The notes beneath the pieces are model-generated. The model was not told the DNA's origin and made no database searches. It saw only the letters and a program-made list of their open reading frames with translations. Source: an uncultured SAR86 cluster bacterium (GTDB lineage: Bacteria; Pseudomonadota; Gammaproteobacteria; Magnimaribacterales; D2472). From it: a stretch of DNA of 64,000 nt. Made by a program: the position numbers and the translations under genes. The stretch covers positions 17,509 through 81,508 of the forward strand of contig CACOEZ010000002.1 in the NCBI GenBank assembly GCA_902626385.1, in the 5' to 3' direction. Of the stretch, positions 56,197 to 64,000 are shown piece after piece (positions within the stretch are counted from its first letter, which is position 1; each line of letters starts with the position of its first letter).

Positions 56197-58737
56197 ATGA
56201 GCGAATTTGCAAAGGAAATAATATCTGTAAATATAGAAGATGAGCTCAAACAGTCATACCTAAGCTATGCTTTAAGCGTTATTCATGGAAGAGCACTTCC
56301 AGATATAAGAGACGGTCTAAAACCAGTTCACAGAAGAATTTTGTTCGCAATGTATGACCTTAAAAATTCTTACAACAAACCATACAAAAAATCAGCTAGA
56401 GTTGTTGGAGATGTAATAGGTAAATATCATCCTCATGGTGACTCTGCTGTATACGATGCCATGGTAAGAATGGCTCAAGATTTTTCTATGAGATATCCGA
56501 TTGTTGAAGGCCAAGGTAACTTTGGATCAATTGATGGAGATCCTCCAGCTGCAATGAGATATACAGAAGTTAGAATGGCAAAGATCACTGATCAAATGTT
56601 AGGTGATATTGAGAAAGATACAGTTTCATATTCACCAAACTATGATGGTAGCGAAAACATACCAGATGTTCTTCCTACGAAAATTCCAAATTTATTGGTA
56701 AATGGATCCTCAGGTATTGCAGTTGGGATGGCAACAAATATACCACCCCATAACCTTAATGAAGTATTAGATGGTTGCATTAAGATTATTAATAATCCAA
56801 AGATATCCATTGATGAATTGATCAAAGTTATTTCTGGTCCAGACTTTCCAACTGGTGGGACAATTGATGGTAAAGCAGGTATATATGAAGCATATAAAAC
56901 TGGAAGAGGAATAATTCATATAAGATCAAACACTTCCATTGAAGAGGATAAATCAGGAAAGCAGTCTCTGATAATTAATGAAATTCCTTTTATGGTGAAC
57001 AAAGCAAAAATGCTTGAAAAAATTGCAGAACTTGTGAAAGAAAAGAAAATTGAGGGCATTACAGAAATAAGGGATGAGTCTGACAAAGATGGGCTGAGGG
57101 TTGTGATTGAGGTTCGAAAGGGAGACTCAGTAGAAGTACTTGAAAATAATTTATTTGCACAAACTCAACTGGAGCAATCCTTTGGTATAAATTTTACCGT
57201 TCTGTCCGAGGGCCAGCCTAAAGAAGTCAACCTAAAAGAAATGCTACAAGCATTTGTAAGACATCGTAAAGATGTAATCGTTAAAAGGACTAAATACGAT
57301 TTAAATAAAGCCAAAGACAGAGGGCATGTTGTAGAAGGGCTCATGGTGGCAATTGCCAATATTGATGAGATTATTAAGATTATTAAAAAATCTAAAGATC
57401 CAAAAAAAGCTGCAGAATCTTTGTGTAAAAAAACCTGGAAATCAGGTCCAGTTGAAGCAATTCTAAAAAAAGTTGGTAATGATACTTGCAAACCTAAAGG
57501 CGTTAGCAAAGATCTAGGTCTCAAGGGTAAAAAATATAAACTTTCAAAAGAGCAAGCAAGAGCAATCCTAGAATTGCGCTTGGGAAGACTTACAGGACTT
57601 GAGCAAGAAAATCTAAGCAAAGAATTTAATGAAATTGTAGAAAAAGTTCTTGCTTTTCAAAAGATTCTTGATGATAAGCAAACACTACAAGATTTGATGA
57701 TTTCTGAATTAGAAGAGATTAAAGAATCTTTTGGAGATGAAAGAAAGACTCTCATAAATGATACTAGAAGAGGTATCACTAACGAAGATCTTATACCTGA
57801 AGAGACAAGGGTGCTTACTGTTTCAAGAAGTGGATATGCTAAAACTCAACCCTTAGATGAGTATCGTGAGCAAAGAAGGGGCGGACAAGGAAAAGCTGCC
57901 GCTTCTGTTAAAGAAGAAGATTTGATTCAAAACTTATATGTCTTAAGCAGCCATGTTCAAATATTATGTTTTACAACAAAAGGAAAAGTATTTTGGCTAA
58001 AGGTTTATGAGATCCCGGTTGCCTCTAGGACATCAAAAGGAAGACCTCTAGTAAATATGCTAAAACTTGATGATGATGAGAGAGTAAGTGAAATACTTCC
58101 TGTAGAAGAATTCTCGGAAGATAAGTATATTTTTATGGCTACTAGAAAAGGGATAACAAAGAAAACAAACTTAAGTTTATTTGCTAGAAAATGGAAGTCA
58201 GGAATTAAAGCTATTAATCTTGATGAAGATGATAGATTAATTGGAACCGCAATAACTGATGGAAAAAAAGAAATTCTTTTAGCTTCCTCAGCCGGTAAGC
58301 TAATAAGATTCAATGAGGAAAAAGTAAGAGCTATGGGTAGAACAGCCAGAGGAGTTAGAGGTATGAAGCTTAAAAAAGATCAAAAGCTTATTTCTCTAAA
58401 TGTTGCTGATCCAGAAAAAACTGTTTTGTGCGTTTCTGAAAATGGTTATGGTAAAAAAACTAGCTTAGATGATTTTCCAACTCATAATAGAGGTGGACAG
58501 GGAGTTATTTCTATTAAAACCAGCGAAAGAAATGGCATGATGGTTGCCGCAGCACTAGTAAATGAAGAAGATGGAATTATGCTAATTAGTGACAAAGGAA
58601 CCATGATAAGAACAAATGTTTCTCAGGTTCCAACTTTAAGTAGAAATACACAAGGAGTAAAAATTATTACTCCCAAAGAAGGCGAAAAACTTATTGAATG
58701 TGTGACAATTCCAGAAGAGGAAGATCAAGAAGAATAA
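56197..58737 (+). CDS. gyrA: DNA gyrase subunit A
   Basis: [17 protein letters not shown], GyrA-box QRRGGQG. Confidence 0.96.
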   Translation: MSEFAKEIISVNIEDELKQSYLSYALSVIHGRALPDIRDGLKPVHRRILFAMYDLKNSYNKPYKKSARVVGDVIGKYHPHGDSAVYDAMVRMAQDFSMRYPIVEGQGNFGSIDGDPPAAMRYTEVRMAKITDQMLGDIEKDTVSYSPNYDGSENIPDVLPTKIPNLLVNGSSGIAVGMATNIPPHNLNEVLDGCIKIINNPKISIDELIKVISGPDFPTGGTIDGKAGIYEAYKTGRGIIHIRSNTSIEEDKSGKQSLIINEIPFMVNKAKMLEKIAELVKEKKIEGITEIRDESDKDGLRVVIEVRKGDSVEVLENNLFAQTQLEQSFGINFTVLSEGQPKEVNLKEMLQAFVRHRKDVIVKRTKYDLNKAKDRGHVVEGLMVAIANIDEIIKIIKKSKDPKKAAESLCKKTWKSGPVEAILKKVGNDTCKPKGVSKDLGLKGKKYKLSKEQARAILELRLGRLTGLEQENLSKEFNEIVEKVLAFQKILDDKQTLQDLMISELEEIKESFGDERKTLINDTRRGITNEDLIPEETRVLTVSRSGYAKTQPLDEYREQRRGGQGKAAASVKEEDLIQNLYVLSSHVQILCFTTKGKVFWLKVYEIPVASRTSKGRPLVNMLKLDDDERVSEILPVEEFSEDKYIFMATRKGITKKTNLSLFARKWKSGIKAINLDEDDRLIGTAITDGKKEILLASSAGKLIRFNEEKVRAMGRTARGVRGMKLKKDQKLISLNVADPEKTVLCVSENGYGKKTSLDDFPTHNRGGQGVISIKTSERNGMMVAAALVNEEDGIMLISDKGTMIRTNVSQVPTLSRNTQGVKIITPKEGEKLIECVTIPEEEDQEE

Positions 58738-58738
58738 T

Positions 58739-59815
58739 ATGAGGGGGTGGAATTTTTCTGCTGGTCCCGCAGCAATTCCTGAAGATGTAATATTAGAAGT
58801 AAAGAATGAGTTACTTGAGTTCCAAGACTCTGGCTCTTCAATAATAGAAGTTAGTCATAGAACAGATTTATATACAAAACTTGCACATGAGACAAAGCAA
58901 GACTTCATTGAAATTTTAAATATACCTGAGACTCATGAGGTTCTATTTCTGCAAGGAGGTGCAACTCATCAGTTTTCTATGATCCCATTAAACTTTAAAA
59001 ATATTTCAGATAGTGCAGACTATGTAGTTTCAGGAACATGGTCAAAAAAAGCAGCAGTAGAAGCAGAAAAACTTATTAAAGTTAACATAATTGCTTCTTC
59101 CGAGAATTCAAATTATTCTAAATTCCCTAAATATGATGAATGGAATGTTTCTAGTGATTCGGCATATATACACTTTTGCCCAAACGAGACAATGCAAGGA
59201 ATTGCAATCCATGAAGCTCCTCAGTTTAAAAAACATGTCATTGCTGATATGACTTCTGTAATTCTCAGTGAGCCGCTTGATGTAGGAAATTACTCTTTGA
59301 TCTATGCCGGCGCTCAAAAAAATATTGGTCCTGCTGGATTGGCTGTAGTTATTATTTCGAAAGACTTAATGAATCAAGCAAATAAAAATCTTCCAAAAAT
59401 ACTCCAATACTCTGAGCACTCTATTGCAGACTCAATGCTTAATACGCCTCCAACGTTTGCATGGTATGTAGCTGGGAAAGTTTTTAAATGGATAAAAAAA
59501 TCAGGTGGACTGAAGTATTTTCAAGATTTAAATAGAAAAAAAGCTGAGATTTTGTATGAATTTCTTGATTCTTCTGATTTTTATATAAATAAGATAGAAA
59601 AAAATCAGAGATCTTTAATGAATGTTACTTTTAATTTAGCTGATGAGCAGCTTAATGAAAGCTTTCTAAATGAATCCAGATCTAAAAATTTACTTAATTT
59701 AAAAGGACATGCTCTTGTTGGAGGAATGCGAGCGAGCATATATAATGCTATGCCGCTGGAAGGAGTGAAGAAATTAGTTCAGTTTATGAAAGAATTTGAA
59801 TCTAAGCACGGTTAA
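58739..59815 (+). CDS. serC: Phosphoserine aminotransferase
   Basis: NFSAGPA, GAQKNIGP, NTPP, GGMRASIYNA. Confidence 0.95.
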   Translation: MRGWNFSAGPAAIPEDVILEVKNELLEFQDSGSSIIEVSHRTDLYTKLAHETKQDFIEILNIPETHEVLFLQGGATHQFSMIPLNFKNISDSADYVVSGTWSKKAAVEAEKLIKVNIIASSENSNYSKFPKYDEWNVSSDSAYIHFCPNETMQGIAIHEAPQFKKHVIADMTSVILSEPLDVGNYSLIYAGAQKNIGPAGLAVVIISKDLMNQANKNLPKILQYSEHSIADSMLNTPPTFAWYVAGKVFKWIKKSGGLKYFQDLNRKKAEILYEFLDSSDFYINKIEKNQRSLMNVTFNLADEQLNESFLNESRSKNLLNLKGHALVGGMRASIYNAMPLEGVKKLVQFMKEFESKHG

Positions 59816-60908
59816 AAATATGCCAAAAAAAGATTTAAAAAGTTATAGAGATAAAATTGATCAAATAGATCAAAAAATTCTTAAATTAATACAAGAGAGA
59901 GCATCTCATGCAGTTTCTATTGGAAAATTAAAGTCCAAAGCAAGCCCAAGTTCCTCTTTTTATAAGCCTGATAGAGAATCAAAGATACTCAGAAGTATTA
60001 TTAAATCTAATAATGAAGGACTTTTACCCGACAGCAAAATAAGAGCGATTTATAAAGAACTTATTTCAGGATGTTTATCTTTAGAAGAAATACTTAAAAT
60101 AGCCTATCTTGGTCCTGAGGGCACTCATTCAGAAGCAGCTGTGCATAATCAATTTGGTTCTCAAGTTGTAAAAATTCCTTCAAGAACAATCGATGATGTT
60201 TTTTTTCAGTTAATGCATGATGAAGTCAATATCGGTGTAGTTCCAGTAGAAAATTCTTCTGAGGGAGTCATTAATACGACTTTAAATTGCTTAGCTGACA
60301 GTGAAGACATAAACATTATTGGTGAAATCTATCTTGATATTGATCATCAACTTGCTGCAGGAAATAAATTTGATCTAAAAGATGCATTTGCTATTGCTTC
60401 TCATCCTCAGGCTCTTGGTCAATGTACAAAATGGATTGAAAGAAACATAGGTAATGTCAAAAGATTAGAGATGCCAAGCTCAGCAGTTGCAGCAAAATAT
60501 GCAAAAGAAAATAAAAATATACTTTGTATCGTCAATTCATTGGCAATTGAAAAATATAAATTAAAGTTAGTAAAGAAAAATATCCAAGATTTTTCTGAGA
60601 ACAAAACAAGATTCTTAGTAATAGGAAAACATTCTATTGAAAGAACTGGAAAAGATAAGACTTCTTTCTTGATTCAAACTCCTAACAAGCCAGGTTCGTT
60701 GATGGGAGTACTAAAGCCCTTTGACAAAAGAAAGATAAACTTGAGCAAAATTGAAACAAGACCATCTAGGGGAAATATTAAGTCCCATGATTTCTTTATT
60801 GATTGTGAAGGTCACATCAGCGATAAAAAATTATCATTAGCCGTAAATGAGATTATTGATGCCGGCGCAATTGTCAGAAATTTTGGTTCTTATCCAGAAT
60901 ATGTATGA
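59796..60908 (+). CDS. pheA: Chorismate mutase/prephenate dehydratase; probable start 59820
   Basis: R..IDQID CM domain, LGPEGT, PVENSSEG, TRF, IETRP. Confidence 0.93.
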   Translation: MNLSTVKNMPKKDLKSYRDKIDQIDQKILKLIQERASHAVSIGKLKSKASPSSSFYKPDRESKILRSIIKSNNEGLLPDSKIRAIYKELISGCLSLEEILKIAYLGPEGTHSEAAVHNQFGSQVVKIPSRTIDDVFFQLMHDEVNIGVVPVENSSEGVINTTLNCLADSEDINIIGEIYLDIDHQLAAGNKFDLKDAFAIASHPQALGQCTKWIERNIGNVKRLEMPSSAVAAKYAKENKNILCIVNSLAIEKYKLKLVKKNIQDFSENKTRFLVIGKHSIERTGKDKTSFLIQTPNKPGSLMGVLKPFDKRKINLSKIETRPSRGNIKSHDFFIDCEGHISDKKLSLAVNEIIDAGAIVRNFGSYPEYV

Positions 60909-61777
60909 AAAATAATATTGAAAGCATACTAATAATTGGTTTAGGAATGATAGGTGCATCTCTAGCGCTTGCATCAAAATCAAAGGTTATAAAGGTTTTT
61001 GGGTATGACTCTAATGATTCAACAGTTGAATTAGCAAAGAAAGAAAATTTTATTGATGATAGTTTTCATAGCCTTGAAGAAATAAATAATAAGAATCTAT
61101 CAGATAAGATTGACTTAGTGATAGTTTGCGTACCTCCTAAACAAACTCAAGAAATTTTTAATAACATTCATGAACTTTGGAATACATCTATAACAATTAC
61201 TGACACTTCAAGTGTAAAAAATCATTTAAAGGTGAATGATGTCGATAATATTATTTTATCGCATCCAATAGCCGGTTCAGACAGATCCGGATTGTCTGCT
61301 GCAGACAGTGAATTATATATTGATAAAAAAAATGTTATTTGTGATCCATTTAATGCTAAAAGTTCGCATCTCAATAGGTTAGTAGATTTTTGGGAAGGCG
61401 CAATGCAAATGAGAACTAGCGTCATGACAGTCAATGATCATGATTTAATCTTTGCCATGACCAGTCATTTACCTCATTTAGTTTCATATGCATTAATTGA
61501 TTCCATTAGATTATCTTCAAATGATGTAGAAGATAATGCTGGTGGTGGCCTAAAAGAGTTTTTAAGATTGAGCGGTTCAAATTCTGAAATGTGGAGTGAA
61601 ATCTTCACATTAAATAGAGTTGATTTAATAAAAGCTTTGGCAGGATTACAAATTTCAATTAACAATCTTCTTGAGTTAATTACAGAAACTAAAGAAATTC
61701 CCGATGTATTTAATCATCTAGAGATTCTAAATCATGAATTGAATGAAATTAAATCTTTTAAAGAAGAAAAATTTTGA
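60905..61777 (+). CDS. tyrA: Prephenate/arogenate dehydrogenase
   Basis: GLGMIGAS, DTSSVK, HPIAG, HD....TSHLPH. Confidence 0.88.
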   Translation: MKNNIESILIIGLGMIGASLALASKSKVIKVFGYDSNDSTVELAKKENFIDDSFHSLEEINNKNLSDKIDLVIVCVPPKQTQEIFNNIHELWNTSITITDTSSVKNHLKVNDVDNIILSHPIAGSDRSGLSAADSELYIDKKNVICDPFNAKSSHLNRLVDFWEGAMQMRTSVMTVNDHDLIFAMTSHLPHLVSYALIDSIRLSSNDVEDNAGGGLKEFLRLSGSNSEMWSEIFTLNRVDLIKALAGLQISINNLLELITETKEIPDVFNHLEILNHELNEIKSFKEEKF

Positions 61778-63081
61778 ATTTAAAATCATTTCCCATTAAT
61801 GGATTATCAGGCGAAATAATTTGCCCCGGAGATAAATCAATATCACAAAGAATTTTAATAATAGGGTCTCTTCTTAATTGTGATATTAAAATATCTGGAT
61901 TTTTAGATGCTGAAGATCCAAATTCAACAATGAAGGCTCTCAATAATTTGGGATCATTAATAAAAAAAGACAACGACATAGTTTCAATCAACCATAGATC
62001 AAAACCATTTTCTAATCCAAGCTCTTTTTTAGACTTGGGCAATTCAGGAACTGGCATGAGGCTGCTAACTGGATTTATATCAGGATTAAACTTAGAAGCA
62101 ACTTTGATGGGAGATGATTCCTTAAGCAAAAGACCAATGTCAAGAGTAGTTGACCCATTAATATCTATGGGAAAAGAAATCTCAACTAATAGCGGCAAAG
62201 CTCCAATCCAAATAATTGGAGGAAAAATAAAAGATAATTTTGAATATGTCATGCCCATAGCTAGCGCTCAAGTAAAATCATCTTTAATGTTGGCATCTTT
62301 ATCCTCAGGAAACTCTATTAAAATTACTGAAGCAAAGATAACAAGAGATCATACTGAGAAAATGATCGAATATTTAGGTGGATCAATTGAAGTTTCAGAA
62401 TCATCTGAGGGCAAGGTTATATTTTTAAAGAATTCAAAGTTATCTAAAATCTCAACATATGAAGTTGTTGGTGATTTTTCATCAGCAGCATTTATCATAG
62501 TCGCAGCCTTAATTTCTAAAAATTCAGAAGTTATGATTAAGAACGTTGGATTAAATAAAACAAGATCAGGTTTGCTGGAAGTTTTGTTAAAAATGAATGC
62601 AAATATTGAAATAGTTAATAAATTGAAAACTTGTAATGAAGACTGTGGTGACATAATTGTAAAGTCTTCACAGTTAGAGGGAATAAATGTACCAAATAGT
62701 ATTATTCCAAATATAATTGACGAGATTCCAATTCTAAGTGTCGCAGCCTCTTTTGCAGAGGGGCAAACTACAATAAAGAATGCTTCTGAGCTCAAAGTTA
62801 AAGAATCTGACAGACTTCATGCAACATCTATGGGCCTAAAGGCAATGAATATAAAGCATAACTTACTAGATGATGGGCTAATAATTAATGGCACAAAAGA
62901 TGATATAGAGATACATGAAGAAATTGAATCATTTGGTGATCATAGAATTGCAATGAGTTTCTTGATAGCTGGCTTGAGATCCAAGAATGGAGTTACAGTT
63001 AAAGACTGCAGTAATATCGAGACTTCTTTTCCTGATTTTTCTAAAATAATGAATAATCTTGGAATGAATATTAATGAATAA
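61774..63081 (+). CDS. aroA: EPSP synthase
   Basis: PGDKSISQR, GNSGTGMRL, ASAQVKS, KESDR, DHRIAM. Confidence 0.95.
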   Translation: MNLKSFPINGLSGEIICPGDKSISQRILIIGSLLNCDIKISGFLDAEDPNSTMKALNNLGSLIKKDNDIVSINHRSKPFSNPSSFLDLGNSGTGMRLLTGFISGLNLEATLMGDDSLSKRPMSRVVDPLISMGKEISTNSGKAPIQIIGGKIKDNFEYVMPIASAQVKSSLMLASLSSGNSIKITEAKITRDHTEKMIEYLGGSIEVSESSEGKVIFLKNSKLSKISTYEVVGDFSSAAFIIVAALISKNSEVMIKNVGLNKTRSGLLEVLLKMNANIEIVNKLKTCNEDCGDIIVKSSQLEGINVPNSIIPNIIDEIPILSVAASFAEGQTTIKNASELKVKESDRLHATSMGLKAMNIKHNLLDDGLIINGTKDDIEIHEEIESFGDHRIAMSFLIAGLRSKNGVTVKDCSNIETSFPDFSKIMNNLGMNINE

Positions 63082-63733
63082 GATAAATGTAATAACAATA
63101 GATGGCCCATCTGCTTCTGGAAAAGGATCGCTTGCCAGAGAAATTGCAAAAATATATAACCTATCAATTCTTGATAGTGGATCCTTATATAGACTTTATG
63201 CATATTTTGCTCAAGAAGGCATGAAGAGTGAATTAATATCAAATGTTATCCAAGAAAATATCGAATTTAAGTTATGTGACCAAGACATGATAATTATGAA
63301 TGTTGATAAAGATATAACAGATGATCTCAGATCTGAGAATATTGCAGCTTTTGCATCTGAATTAAGTTCTAATAGAGAAGTTAGAAATGCATTATTTGAT
63401 CTTCAAAGATCTTTTTATACTGAGAAGGGGCTTGTTGCTGATGGGAGAGATATGGGAACTGTTGTTTTTAGGGATGCAAAACTTAAGATTTATCTAACTG
63501 CCTCAGCAGAAGTAAGAGCAAAAAGGAGGTATTTAGAGTTGCAGAATCGTGGTCAAGAAGTTAATATGCCCGCTCTGATTGTTGATATTGAGCAAAGAGA
63601 TTTAAAAGATAGTTCAAGAGAATTATCCCCGCTTTTGCCAGCAGATGACGCTCATATAATTGATTCATCTGAAATGTCACTTGAGGAAGTAATTTGTTAT
63701 ACAAAAAATTTAATTAAAGAGGAATATTTATAA
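63074..63733 (+). CDS. cmk: Cytidylate kinase
   Basis: IDGPSASGKG, DSG.LYR, DGRDMGTVVF, RAKRR. Confidence 0.95.
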   Translation: MNKINVITIDGPSASGKGSLAREIAKIYNLSILDSGSLYRLYAYFAQEGMKSELISNVIQENIEFKLCDQDMIIMNVDKDITDDLRSENIAAFASELSSNREVRNALFDLQRSFYTEKGLVADGRDMGTVVFRDAKLKIYLTASAEVRAKRRYLELQNRGQEVNMPALIVDIEQRDLKDSSRELSPLLPADDAHIIDSSEMSLEEVICYTKNLIKEEYL

Positions 63734-64000
63734 ATGTCAGAATCATTTTCAGCACTTTTAGATGAGAGTTTAAGTACTCTTGATATGCAGCCAGGTTCAG
63801 TTGTTTCAGGAGTGGTTCTCGATGTTGACAATGACTGGGTTACTGTTCATGTTGGATTAAAATCAGAAGGGGTTATTTCACTTGATGAATTTAGAAACAA
63901 TGAAGGCAATGTTGAGGTAAATGTTGGTGATGAGGTTGAAGTTGCTCTTGAAGCTGTTGAAGATGGCTATGGAGAAACTAGAATCTCAAGAGAAAAAGCA
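63734..64000 (+). CDS. rpsA: 30S ribosomal protein S1, 5' part
   Basis: Manual translation MSESFSALLDESL...VTVHVGLKSEGVI..DEF...VEDGYGETRISREKA; follows cmk. Confidence 0.93.
   Translation, partial: MSESFSALLDESLSTLDMQPGSVVSGVVLDVDNDWVTVHVGLKSEGVISLDEFRNNEGNVEVNVGDEVEVALEAVEDGYGETRISREKA

Noticed and set aside
56425-56460. gyrA quinolone-resistance-determining region
   Set aside because: [10 protein letters not shown] has wild-type Ser83/Asp87 equivalents.

Overview
AT-rich, very tightly packed chromosomal segment with gammaproteobacterial (Pseudomonadales/Oceanospirillales-like) gene order. It most likely comes from a streamlined marine lineage such as SAR86; this is inferred from composition, packing and gene content. 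It holds about 60 CDS, mostly housekeeping: cobST, tesB, hemE, gltBD, aroKB, PBP1A, slmA, algC, ilvE, lpxL, waaA, P-II, miaA, hflKC, purA, rib/nusB/nrdR/glyA, thiL, pgpA, dxs-ispA-xseB, an RND pump, DAHP synthase, scpAB, rluB, ubiG, pntAB, and gyrA-serC-pheA-tyrA-aroA-cmk-rpsA. No rRNA, tRNA, CRISPR array or intact mobile element was seen. Highlights: (1) GltD carries an in-frame ~83-aa N-terminal extension resembling an integrase arm-type/AP2 DNA-binding domain; gltB is inverted to become divergent from gltD, and a tandem AGTATGACA repeat lies in the shared promoter region, suggesting a self-regulating 'trigger enzyme'. (2) A four-gene cluster resembles the mycobacterial methylmannose polysaccharide (MMP) pathway and sits where LPS-core genes usually are. 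(3) An RND adaptor lacks its alpha-helical hairpin. (4) A DnaT-like/lambda-P-like replication pair appears domesticated. (5) CobST without CobN lies beside a diiron protein. (6) Three palindromic operator candidates, including a HexR/RccR-type site at pntA. All family assignments come from motif recognition and recall, not database searches.
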